44,219 nucleotides of DNA, taken from Escherichia phage vB_EcoS-12210III. Of the stretch, positions 18,368 through 26,809 are shown one piece after another. Location of the stretch: the sequence record MK907227.1; one strand, given 5' to 3'. Positions within the stretch are counted from its first letter, which is position 1; each line of letters starts with the position of its first letter. The notes under the pieces were generated by a model, which was not told the origin of the DNA, did not search any database, and worked only from the letters and a program-made list of their open reading frames with translations. Made by a program: the position numbers and the translations under genes.

Positions 18368-21300
18368 ATGGCTGAAGATATTAAGATTTATGGTGCTAAA
18401 GGTGGTAGCCAGAAGCAGCATCAACCAGTTGAGCAGGAAGACAACCTTATTTCATTAAACAAGGTTAAGGTGTTGCTTGCGGTTGCTGACGGAGAGGTGG
18501 ATTCAAACTTCTCAATGAAGGATTTATACCTTGCTGACGTTCCGGTACAAAATCAGGATGGTAGTTACAACTATGAAGGTGTTCGCGCTGAGTTCCGTGC
18601 TGGCACGCAGTATCAGGACTATATCGCTGGCCTTGATGGTGCCAACTCAGAAATTCAGGTATCAAGGGAAATCAAAAACGATACCCCGCACATCATTGCG
18701 GTTAACAATAATCAGCTATCAGCGATTCGTGTAAAGCTATATTGGCCCAGACTGGTTAAGCAAGAGAGTAACGGTGACCTGAACGGGACAACCTGCGAGT
18801 ATGCAATTGACCTTTCTGTTAATGGTGGAGCTTACCAGGAATACACTCGAGGAGTTGCTAACGGGAAGACAACAACTGGTTACGACCGCAGCATTCGTGT
18901 AAATCTTCCTGCTGAATTTGATAGCGCATTGGTTCGCATCCGTAAGATCACACCAGACTCAACAAGTAGCACCCTGGTTAACGGAATGCAGATCACAACC
19001 TATCAGGAGGTAATCGACGCTAAATTCCGATATCCGCTTACGGCCCTGGTTTATGTTGAGTTCGGCTCTGACCTTTTCCCTAACGGGATTCCAACAATCT
19101 CAATCAAGAAGAGGTGGAAGCTGATTCAGGTCCCAACTAACTACGACCCTGAAACCAGAACTTACAGCGGGACATGGAACGGTTTGTTCAAGATGGCATG
19201 GTCAAATAACCCAGCGTGGGTTCTTTATGACTTGGTGACAAACCGCCGATATGGTCTTGACCAGCGAGAGCTAGGTGTAGAGATTGATAAATGGGGGCTG
19301 TACGAAGCCGCGCAATTCTGCGACCAGATGGTTCCTGATGGTAAGGGTGGTTTAGAGCCTCGTTATCTTTGCGATATGGTTGTCCAGAATAAAGCTGAGG
19401 CTTACACGCTAATTCGTGATATCTGTTCAATCTTCCGTGGCCTAACCTTCTATGACGGTGAAAAGATTGGCGTCGTGGTTGATAAGCCTCGTAATCCATC
19501 TTACATCTTCACGAATGATAACGTTGTTAATGGATTGTTCAGTCGCACATTTGCCAGCGATAAGAGCCTTTACACTACTGCTAACGTCCAGTTTGATGAT
19601 GTAGAGAACAACTATCAACAAGATGTAGAGCCGGTATTTGAATTAGAGGCAACTCGTCGTTTTGGATTTAACCCTGTAGATTTAACTGCGATTGGCTGTA
19701 CTCGCAGAAGTGAAGCAAACAGACGTGGTAGGTGGCTCCTTAAAACCAATCTGAGAAGCGAAACTATTAGCTTCACTACCGGGTTGGAAGGCATGATTCC
19801 GATGATTGGAGAGGTTATTGCGGTTAATGACGCAGCATGGTCGAGCAACTATCAGTTAAACCTTTCCGGTCGCATTGAGTCAGTTCAGGGATTGCAGGTT
19901 TTTACCCCGTTTAAAGTTGACGCAGCTCCAGGTGACAGAATTCTTCTGAACAAACCCGACGGAAGCCCGGAGGCAAGAACTATTGCAAGCGTATCTGAGG
20001 ATGGTATGACGATTAACCTGAACACGGCTTTCAGCTTTGTAGCTCAGCCTGACACTGTATTCGCAATCGATAAGGATAATCTGGCGCTTCAGCAGTATGT
20101 TGTGACCGGGATTCAAAAAGCGGATTCTGATGGTTCGGATTCATTCCAGTACACGATTACCGCAGTAGAGTATGACCCGAACAAGTATGACGAGATTGAC
20201 TACGGCGTTAACATCGTTGATCGTCCGACTTCAATCGTAGAGCCTGACAGATTGTCGCCGCCTGAGAATTTAACAGTGTCAAGCTACAGTAAGGTTGTTC
20301 AGGGCTTGTCAGTCGAGACGATGGTAATTGGCTGGGACAAGGCTCCATATGCTAAAACCTACAATGTTCAGTGGAGAAAAGAGAATGGCAACTGGATTAA
20401 CGTACCCAGAACAGCTAGCGCAGAGGTTGATATCGAAGGTATTTACGCAGGAATCTATGACGTTAGGGTTCGCAGCGTATCAGATACTGAAAACGTGTCT
20501 GCCTGGTCTGACATTGTAACTGTATCGCTAACTGGTAAGATTGGCCGCCCGTCTGCGCCTACAGTTATCACTGCATCAACTGATGAAGTATTTGGCATCC
20601 GTGTTAAATGGGGATTTCCTGAAGGATCTGGTGATACTGCTTACACTGAACTTCAGCAGGTTCCTGATAATGGTGACGGTACTTATAATCCTGATAACGC
20701 AAGTTTGCTGACTTTACTGCCTTATCCAGCCTATGAATACTGGCACACACCAATTCAGCCAGGAAAGGTTATCTGGTATCGCGCAAGATTGATTGACAGA
20801 ATCGGTAACACATCTGATTGGTCTAATTTCGCAAGAGGCATGAGTACTGACGACGCCAATATTATCAATGATTACATCAAGGTTGATATTGAGGGCTCGG
20901 AAGGATTCAAATACCTCGAGCAGAATGCGATTCAAAAGAATCAGGACATTCAGAACCAGGCAGAATCAATCCTTCAGAACGCATTGGCTAATGACACTGA
21001 TGTTCGTCGTATGACTAAGGAGAACGGCAAACGTAAGGCTGAATATGTTCAGGCTGTTAATCTCATAGCCGATGAAACTCAGGCGCGCGTAGAGGCTCTC
21101 ACACAGCTTAAGGCGCAGATAGATGATGAAGTTGTAGCGTCGATTACTGAAGTTCAGACTGCATTAGCCACAGAGACAGAAGCAAGGACTACAGCAGACA
21201 CGGCTCTATCAGCAAGGCTCGGTGAAAACGAGGCGGCTCTAAACCAGAAATTAGACGCATTCTCTAATGCCACATCAACTGGAGTGCAGTACGGAATTAG

Positions 21301-21739
21301 CCTTGGCCTGAAATACAATGGGCAGACTTATTCATCCGGCATGAGTATGGAGCTTGTTGGCACTGGTGGTAATGTTCGTAGTCAATTCATTTTTGACGCA
21401 AACAGATTCGCAATCAGTAACGGCATTGGTTCTGGTTCCGGTCAGTGGCAACTCCCCTTCGTTGTAGAGAACGGAAACGTAATCATCCAAAGTGCGGTAA
21501 TTGGCGATGGCTCAATTACTAACGCGAAGATTGGTGACTTTATTCAGTCCAGCAACTACGTAGCAGGAAGCACAGGCTGGAGGATTGATAAGTCTGGTAA
21601 CGCTGAGATTCGCGGTAAACTGTACGCCAACAGTGGTGAGTTCGCATTCAACGGAATAAATAATACGGTACAGATTAACGGAAACGGAATCACGGTTAAC
21701 TTACCTGGAGGGGGAAGAGTTGTGGTAGGTACGTTCTAA
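18368..21739 (+). CDS. Central tail fiber / tip attachment protein (lambda J-like host-specificity protein)
   Basis: Clear similarity to lambda J over the N-terminal and central regions as I recall them (e.g. IQVPTNYDPETRTYSGTWNG / DKWGLYEAAQFCDQMVPDGKGG / AIGCTRRSEANRRGRWLLKT); about 1123 aa from ATG 18368 (alternative start ATG 18329). Confidence 0.9.
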   Translation: MAEDIKIYGAKGGSQKQHQPVEQEDNLISLNKVKVLLAVADGEVDSNFSMKDLYLADVPVQNQDGSYNYEGVRAEFRAGTQYQDYIAGLDGANSEIQVSREIKNDTPHIIAVNNNQLSAIRVKLYWPRLVKQESNGDLNGTTCEYAIDLSVNGGAYQEYTRGVANGKTTTGYDRSIRVNLPAEFDSALVRIRKITPDSTSSTLVNGMQITTYQEVIDAKFRYPLTALVYVEFGSDLFPNGIPTISIKKRWKLIQVPTNYDPETRTYSGTWNGLFKMAWSNNPAWVLYDLVTNRRYGLDQRELGVEIDKWGLYEAAQFCDQMVPDGKGGLEPRYLCDMVVQNKAEAYTLIRDICSIFRGLTFYDGEKIGVVVDKPRNPSYIFTNDNVVNGLFSRTFASDKSLYTTANVQFDDVENNYQQDVEPVFELEATRRFGFNPVDLTAIGCTRRSEANRRGRWLLKTNLRSETISFTTGLEGMIPMIGEVIAVNDAAWSSNYQLNLSGRIESVQGLQVFTPFKVDAAPGDRILLNKPDGSPEARTIASVSEDGMTINLNTAFSFVAQPDTVFAIDKDNLALQQYVVTGIQKADSDGSDSFQYTITAVEYDPNKYDEIDYGVNIVDRPTSIVEPDRLSPPENLTVSSYSKVVQGLSVETMVIGWDKAPYAKTYNVQWRKENGNWINVPRTASAEVDIEGIYAGIYDVRVRSVSDTENVSAWSDIVTVSLTGKIGRPSAPTVITASTDEVFGIRVKWGFPEGSGDTAYTELQQVPDNGDGTYNPDNASLLTLLPYPAYEYWHTPIQPGKVIWYRARLIDRIGNTSDWSNFARGMSTDDANIINDYIKVDIEGSEGFKYLEQNAIQKNQDIQNQAESILQNALANDTDVRRMTKENGKRKAEYVQAVNLIADETQARVEALTQLKAQIDDEVVASITEVQTALATETEARTTADTALSARLGENEAALNQKLDAFSNATSTGVQYGISLGLKYNGQTYSSGMSMELVGTGGNVRSQFIFDANRFAISNGIGSGSGQWQLPFVVENGNVIIQSAVIGDGSITNAKIGDFIQSSNYVAGSTGWRIDKSGNAEIRGKLYANSGEFAFNGINNTVQINGNGITVNLPGGGRVVVGTF

Positions 21740-21743
21740 AACA

Positions 21744-21763
21744 AAAGCCCCGAAAGGGGCTTT
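21744..21763. terminator. Bidirectional terminator hairpin (AGCCCC-GAAA-GGGGCT) between convergent genes
   Basis: Perfect hairpin flanked by A-run and T-rich sequence. Confidence 0.6.
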
Positions 21764-21767
21764 ATAT

Positions 21768-22703
21768 TTAATACATATCAGGAAGGTAAGGAAGTGGCAT
21801 TGATATTGTTACGTCAGGCCTATTTCCTATCTCGTATCTGACAATCCTTGAGCCGGTGCCAGATCTAACATACCCATTGCTCATTACGATTCCTTTGTTT
21901 CTCAACTCCTTATATGCTCGTATTGCCCTTGTGTTAAACCCACATCTGAGTATTGGGAAGTAAGATTCGCCAATGTACTGATTGCTACCTGATAGGTTTA
22001 TGAATCCAGAAACAACCAATGGCCTAGTTACGGTCGACAGCGTACAAACACCATTTGAATTAAATATGTTTAATCCAGGACCTGGCGTTGGTGCTACCAT
22101 CTGAAATATAAGAAGGTCCATAGTTACACTTCCTGGAGTGTCACCAGTATCTTCCGTATTTATGTTTGTGCATACCAGCTGGTTACTACCATTGTATTCA
22201 ACTGATACGCCGGAGTTGTTCCACTTTCCAAACGGTATACCATAAATTGGCAGTGTGTATGTGTTGGTGAAAGATATTCTCTGAGCAAACTTGCATACTA
22301 ATAGCCTGTCAGTGGTGGTTATAGAAGTAAAGTCAGTACTGTCAGAAACGTAAATACCCTGGCCTGTAGATGCTCTTAGTACCTCAACAACAGTACCAGA
22401 AAATTGAGTTATACGGTCGGAATATCCATTCTCATAGCCAATCGATATCGTTCCTCTTGATGCAGTTGATGAGAATCCATTTATGTAGTAAATCTCAACA
22501 CCTCTATCAAGTTCGAATGAGTAAGCTCCATTGTTAGGGATAAGGAACCTTGATGCCCCTTCATTTCCCTGGATTGAGAACGTCTTACTAAATCCACCAC
22601 TAGAAACGTTGAAGTTTCCAGCAAAGTTCAAGGCTCGCATGCCTGCGGTAATTGTCATTGGATTCCTTCCATCATTAAGATCTATGTATATACCTTGAGT
22701 CAT
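21768..22703 (-). CDS. Tail-associated protein, candidate receptor-binding protein (about 311 aa)
   Basis: Gly/Ser/Thr/Asn-rich; convergent with the J-like gene and co-transcribed downstream of a small lipoprotein gene; start taken at ATG 22703 (TAATG overlap) rather than GTG 22712. Function inferred from context only. Confidence 0.35.
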   Translation of the reverse strand: MTQGIYIDLNDGRNPMTITAGMRALNFAGNFNVSSGGFSKTFSIQGNEGASRFLIPNNGAYSFELDRGVEIYYINGFSSTASRGTISIGYENGYSDRITQFSGTVVEVLRASTGQGIYVSDSTDFTSITTTDRLLVCKFAQRISFTNTYTLPIYGIPFGKWNNSGVSVEYNGSNQLVCTNINTEDTGDTPGSVTMDLLIFQMVAPTPGPGLNIFNSNGVCTLSTVTRPLVVSGFINLSGSNQYIGESYFPILRCGFNTRAIRAYKELRNKGIVMSNGYVRSGTGSRIVRYEIGNRPDVTISMPLPYLPDMY

Positions 22704-22933
22704 TAATTCCACTCCTTAGAGCCATAATCACGAACGGAGCCACTGGAGCCTTTAATTCCATCGTAGCGAATGTCAATTTCACCAGCCGGAACAACTACGC
22801 CACCTTTCCATTTAGCTACGCACACGCCGTTTGAGGACGTTGCACACCAACCATCAGGACGAGGACCAGAAGAACAACCAACTGCCATGATTACTGCTGC
22901 TGCGATGATTGCTGATTTGATGAAGTTATTCAT
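22703..22933 (-). CDS. Small lipoprotein (76 aa), candidate superinfection-exclusion lipoprotein (Cor/Llp-like role)
   Basis: Signal peptide ending in a lipobox-like AVGC ([22 protein letters not shown]); own promoter unit; start ATG 22933 with RBS AAGGA. Confidence 0.55.
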   Translation of the reverse strand: MNNFIKSAIIAAAVIMAVGCSSGPRPDGWCATSSNGVCVAKWKGGVVVPAGEIDIRYDGIKGSSGSVRDYGSKEWN

Positions 22934-22968
22934 TTTGTATTCCTTGGTAATTTCGTTTCGATGGAGTA

Positions 22969-23012
22969 ATAGTATCGCATCCTTGCGATCAGTGTTTAGC
23001 AATTAGTGCTAT
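22969..23012 (-). promoter_or_regulatory. Conserved phage promoter unit (minus): palindrome at 22996-23012, 22-nt spacer, -10 TACTAT (22969-22974), leader CATCGAAACGA
   Basis: Reverse complement matches the family consensus; overlaps the 3' end of the Rha-like gene. Confidence 0.5.
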
Positions 23013-23656
23013 TTCTTTTCCAGCAGCAGCTTAATGTCAATTCCGAGATTATTCTCAATCAATCCAGTCAGCGCATCATTCTTTTCTTTAAGGGCGAAGC
23101 ATTGGGCTTCATACTTAAATCTTTCCTCCATCTCATCAGAACGACTAGCCCAACACTGGCGAGCCTCACAAGCCAGCATGTCTAGTTTTTCATCGGTACT
23201 CTTATCCATGAGTAAGATCTCATTTATTCTTTGCTCTGCAACAATGCGCTGGCTCAGGTGTGCATTCTGCGCATTAGCCACACCAAGCATCATTCGAACC
23301 TCTTTAAGTTCATTAATGCTTACCATCTGGCTGATTACTTCTGCTTGTTTTTTAACTAACGCCTCAAGCTCATGAAGTCGACGGATAACTCTGTGACGAA
23401 GAATGACGCTGTAGCCAGTTATTAGCGTTTCTGTAAGTTCCTTGTTAAGTAAAATCTCTGATGTATAGCCTAAATTATCTGTAAGTACTTGATAATCCTC
23501 ACTCCTTAAGTATGAGGAGTTGTTATAATGTATCAAATCATTGATCATTTCCTTGGCATCACGAATTACCTTATTATGTTCTTTACCAGTTAACCCCGCG
23601 ATCTCTTTGGTGCTCATCATGGCAACGTTGGTATCTTTAAATGGCTTGATATTCAT
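23009..23656 (-). CDS. Rha-family phage regulatory protein (putative)
   Basis: N-terminal motif STKEIAGLTGKEHNKVIRDAKEMI resembles the Rha signature (GK.H..V.RD); start taken at ATG 23656. Confidence 0.5.
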   Translation of the reverse strand: MNIKPFKDTNVAMMSTKEIAGLTGKEHNKVIRDAKEMINDLIHYNNSSYLRSEDYQVLTDNLGYTSEILLNKELTETLITGYSVILRHRVIRRLHELEALVKKQAEVISQMVSINELKEVRMMLGVANAQNAHLSQRIVAEQRINEILLMDKSTDEKLDMLACEARQCWASRSDEMEERFKYEAQCFALKEKNDALTGLIENNLGIDIKLLLEKK

Positions 23657-23657
23657 T

Positions 23658-23987
23658 TTAACCGCCAAAAATTTTATTAATCAATTTATCAGCATCATCC
23701 TGAGACAGCTTCAATCTCTCTATTGGCTCTGGTTTTTTGCCTGTAACATTCCATCCTGTACATTTTCTTTTTATGTCAATACGCCTTGAGACTGAGTAGT
23801 AAGAGGCAACTTCAACCCTTTCAACAACCCCATAAGATTCAAGTTCAAGCAAGGTCCTCCTTGCGTTAGCCCTTTGGATTCCTGTCAATCTAGATACATC
23901 ATCCGCGGTAGGGCTGTACCTATCGCATCCTTCAGTGCAGTGTAGTATGCAATCAATTACCTTTTTTCTTGTGCTTGTCATTCTCAT
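23658..23987 (-). CDS. Winged-helix DNA-binding transcriptional regulator (putative)
   Basis: 109 aa; HTH-like segment (DVSRLTGIQRANARRTLLELESYGVVERVE); strong RBS GGGAGG; leader contains a palindromic half-site array. Confidence 0.5.
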   Translation of the reverse strand: MRMTSTRKKVIDCILHCTEGCDRYSPTADDVSRLTGIQRANARRTLLELESYGVVERVEVASYYSVSRRIDIKRKCTGWNVTGKKPEPIERLKLSQDDADKLINKIFGG

Positions 23988-24035
23988 CTTTCATCCTCCC
24001 GTTATGTATGCGATGAATATACTCGTTAACTCATA

Positions 24036-24101
24036 TGTAGTCAATATTGCTGACTACATTTTATTGCAGTCACTTCAAATGACTACATTTAATTGTAGTC
24101 A
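24036..24101. promoter_or_regulatory. Array of five 8-bp half-sites in alternating orientation: TGTAGTCA (24036), TGACTACA (24051), TGCAGTCA (24066), TGACTACA (24080), TGTAGTCA (24094)
   Basis: Read from sequence; spacing 15, 15, 14, 14 bp; lies between the -10 of the regulator gene promoter and its start codon. Confidence 0.6.
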
Positions 24102-24152
24102 CTTAAACAAAATTGCCATCCAAAAAGTAAAGTAAAAACCTCGCTCCCTGAG

Positions 24153-24196
24153 TTAATAAATGAAATTATCAGAATGTCTTTAGCAATTAGTGCTAT
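24153..24196 (-). promoter_or_regulatory. Conserved phage promoter unit (minus): palindrome 24180-24196, 22-nt spacer, -10 TATTAA (24153-24158)
   Basis: Reverse complement matches the family; drives the winged-helix regulator gene. Confidence 0.5.
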
Positions 24197-24318
24197 TTAT
24201 CGCCAATTTCACCACAAATCACGGTTACACGTAACCGATGTAACTCGATGTATGCAATCTCATCCGCGAAAAATGATATACGCGCTGTTACGCCAATTTA
24301 CGCATTAGTTACATTAAA

Positions 24319-24388
24319 ATATCTATATATATCAACCTTTTACTCTTATTATTATTATTATATATATTACTGTGTATATCATGTAACT
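24319..24388. repeat. AT-rich ~70-bp repeat, copy A (ATATCTATATATATCAACCTTTTACT...(TTA)n...TATATAT...TACTGTGTATA)
   Basis: 26-bp exact match plus microsatellite-containing tail shared with copy B at 41355-41425. Confidence 0.8.
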
Positions 24389-24549
24389 ACTTCTATAGAG
24401 TGTTCCGGTTATAATTTTAATATCATGTGGATTTATACAGTATTGCGCGACAGCTATACCAATGCACCATTAGCAATAAATGATATACACGATATACACG
24501 ATGGTTACATTGAGCTATGGCTGGGCTGAGATGCCAAGAAACGTAACTA

Positions 24550-24879
24550 GTGGTAATACCTACACGGGATTACAAAGGATTCACGCGTAAGTTTAAATCA
24601 ACGATTGGTGAAACCAATTGGACTGGCTACAGTGCCGAATATATAGTTAACTCATCGAAAGCAAACAACCAGAGAGATGCAGAAATGACCTACTACATTA
24701 TCAAAGAGAAAAACAACGCACTGTTCGGCGACTGCTATTTTGGTGGCCCAGCTGGATACACCACGAATAAGAGCGAGGCTGACAGATTCGAGACTAAAGA
24801 GGAAGCTAGGGATGTACTGAACGGATACTTCACTGAAGAAGATTTGAAGTCTGTTAAAGTAGTTAAGGTTAAGGAGTAA
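24550..24879 (+). CDS. Hypothetical protein (start uncertain; internal ATG at 24676)
   Basis: ORF from the track; no clear RBS at either candidate start. Confidence 0.4.
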   Translation: MVIPTRDYKGFTRKFKSTIGETNWTGYSAEYIVNSSKANNQRDAEMTYYIIKEKNNALFGDCYFGGPAGYTTNKSEADRFETKEEARDVLNGYFTEEDLKSVKVVKVKE

Positions 24880-24883
24880 AAAT

Positions 24884-25081
24884 ATGAAGGCTTTTATAGA
24901 CATAAATAAGTCACCATACAACGACGAATCAGATCCAGAGGTAAGAATAAGGATAAAATTTGAAACTGGAAGAGAGATAAACATAACAACAACATGCTCT
25001 GGTATATCAAAGGCTATTATGGGATGCAGTGAAATCCCTGTAGATGTATCACTTAGAAACGTAGAGGTTAAGATAAAATGA
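24884..25081 (+). CDS. Hypothetical protein (65 aa)
   Basis: RBS AAGGAG; ATGA overlap with the next gene. Confidence 0.5.
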   Translation: MKAFIDINKSPYNDESDPEVRIRIKFETGREINITTTCSGISKAIMGCSEIPVDVSLRNVEVKIK

Positions 25082-26043
25082 CTTTCAGAGTTTACACACG
25101 AGAGGAACTAAGCAATGAGTCTTACCACTCCGAGACTGAACACATCTCCGGTAGCTCACTTGTCGAGATTATCCAAGGATCACCAGCAAAGTGGAAATTC
25201 AAGCAGCGTAACAGCGATAGCAAGGCACTTAAATTCGGAACGCTTAGTCACACGTACATCCTGGAAGGTGACATGTTTGATAAAGAATACCTTCGAGCTA
25301 CAGACCTTGACGCGATTGAAGGCTTAATTACAAGCCAGGCAGGTTTAGCTTCAGCACTTAAAAAAGTTGGCGTGGCTGGCACTTCCGGGAAGGGTTATAG
25401 CGAGCTCGTAGAGATGATGTATCGATCTGGTGAGGACTGGCCCGTTAAATGGCTAATTGAGCAGCTGGAAAGCGCTCAGGCGCTCGTGGAGGGTAAGGAG
25501 CTGGTTAGCGCAGCAGACTACGACAAAGTGGTAGCGATGCGCGAGGTTCTTTGCAATATTCCAGCATATAATGCAATCGTGAACAGCGAAACGGCGCAGA
25601 AAGAGCTATCAATCTTTGGTGAGATTCTCGGTGTCGGAGTTAAGATTCGAATAGACCACGTTGATGTTGTTGATGGTGTAGTTCGGATCACAGATTATAA
25701 AACTACCGCAGACGCAAGCCCGGAAGGATTTGGTAAGTCGGCGTTTAATCACGGCTACCTTGCAAAAATGGCGCTTCAGAGAGATCTGTTTGTGAAGGCA
25801 TTTAACGAGAAGCGAAAGGTTGTTGTAGGGTTGTTGGCTCAGGAGAAGGTGGAGCCATACTTACCAATGCTGTACACCCTAACTGACGAGCAACTTCGAA
25901 TTGGTCGCCTTCAGTACCTTGAGGCGCTCGCCACTTACAAGAAGTGCAAGGAGCTGGATATCTGGCCTGGGTACTCTAATGGCATTACAGAGCAAGAGTT
26001 GATGATTCCTGACTGGGCAATTAAGCAGTATAAAGAAATTTAA
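25078..26043 (+). CDS. PD-(D/E)XK family exonuclease (putative recombination exonuclease)
   Basis: 321 aa; motifs consistent with the PD-(D/E)XK fold (..IDHVD.. and ..ITDYKT..); precedes the ERF-like and SSB genes. Confidence 0.6.
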   Translation: MTFRVYTREELSNESYHSETEHISGSSLVEIIQGSPAKWKFKQRNSDSKALKFGTLSHTYILEGDMFDKEYLRATDLDAIEGLITSQAGLASALKKVGVAGTSGKGYSELVEMMYRSGEDWPVKWLIEQLESAQALVEGKELVSAADYDKVVAMREVLCNIPAYNAIVNSETAQKELSIFGEILGVGVKIRIDHVDVVDGVVRITDYKTTADASPEGFGKSAFNHGYLAKMALQRDLFVKAFNEKRKVVVGLLAQEKVEPYLPMLYTLTDEQLRIGRLQYLEALATYKKCKELDIWPGYSNGITEQELMIPDWAIKQYKEI

Positions 26044-26087
26044 ATAGCACGAATTGCTAAATAAAAAATTAAAAGGTGGAGTATGAT
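26044..26087 (+). promoter_or_regulatory. Conserved phage promoter unit: palindrome ATAGCACGAATTGCTAA (26044-26060), 22-nt spacer, TATGAT (26082-26087)
   Basis: Family member; overlaps the GTG-initiated extension of the track ORF. Confidence 0.5.
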
Positions 26088-26117
26088 TACCCCCATCAAC
26101 TACGAACGAGGTTAAAT

Positions 26118-26768
26118 ATGCAAATTTCAGAATCATGCAAATCAATTTTAAACGCGCTACACACTGCCAAATCGCTATTTGCGAAGGCTGAAAAGTCTAA
26201 GCAGAACTCGCACTTAAAGAACAAGTACGCTACCTTAGAAGACGTTTTGGCGGCTGTTGAGCCTGGTTTAGATGAGTGTGGGCTTGTTATGTTCCAGAGT
26301 GTACTTGATGATGAACAAACCAATCGCATGAAGGTTGAGACAAAACTGTTTCATGCTGAATCTGGAGAGTGGGTTAGCTTCTTAATGATCGTCCCAATCA
26401 GTAAGAATGATGCACAGGGCTACGGCTCAGCATTAACATACGCTCGACGTTACGGAATCACAGCTGCATTAGGACTTAGTCAGGCAGATGATGATGGCAA
26501 TCTCGCAGCGAAAGGTGTTAAGGACTTTAAGCGAGAGCTAGAGAAATGCAATACTCTTGATGAGCTTCGCAATGTCTGGAAGGAGGCTAAGCAGTCACTT
26601 GATGCGGCAGGATGGAAGGTTTTCGAACCCCACATCATAGAGCGAAAGGCAGAGATTGAAGCAAATGCAGCAACTGGCTTCAACCCAGCAGCACCAAAGA
26701 AAGTTGCAGAAAAAAGTAGTCCTGAAGAAAAGATTAAAGTAGAATCAAAACAAATCGACACATTCTAA
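26118..26768 (+). CDS. ERF-family single-strand annealing protein (putative)
   Basis: Motifs KYATLEDVLAAVEP and GSALTYARRYGITAALGL resemble the ERF signature as I recall it from P22 Erf; start set to ATG 26118. Confidence 0.6.
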   Translation: MQISESCKSILNALHTAKSLFAKAEKSKQNSHLKNKYATLEDVLAAVEPGLDECGLVMFQSVLDDEQTNRMKVETKLFHAESGEWVSFLMIVPISKNDAQGYGSALTYARRYGITAALGLSQADDDGNLAAKGVKDFKRELEKCNTLDELRNVWKEAKQSLDAAGWKVFEPHIIERKAEIEANAATGFNPAAPKKVAEKSSPEEKIKVESKQIDTF

Positions 26769-26809
26769 TTTAAGAGATGCTTCGGCCCCAACAATAGAGA
26801 GATAAAAAC

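Noticed and set aside
24340-24365. Possible CRISPR array or other interspaced repeat array suggested by the repeated TTA units and the 70-bp repeat
   Set aside because: The repeats are a simple trinucleotide microsatellite and a two-copy dispersed element; there are no regularly spaced direct repeats with unique spacers and no cas genes.
24248-24529. 93-aa plus-strand ORF in the AT-rich repeat region
   Set aside because: Translation is Tyr/Ile-rich low-complexity sequence produced by (TTA)n/(TA)n repeats; no RBS; region is better explained as non-coding repeats.
26076-26117. GTG-initiated extension of the ERF-like gene; similar upstream extensions at 4428, 16198, 36355, 43010, 29668 and 23668
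   Set aside because: Each extension overlaps a promoter element or terminator hairpin, or starts at a non-ATG codon with no RBS, while an in-frame ATG with a Shine-Dalgarno-like sequence lies just downstream.
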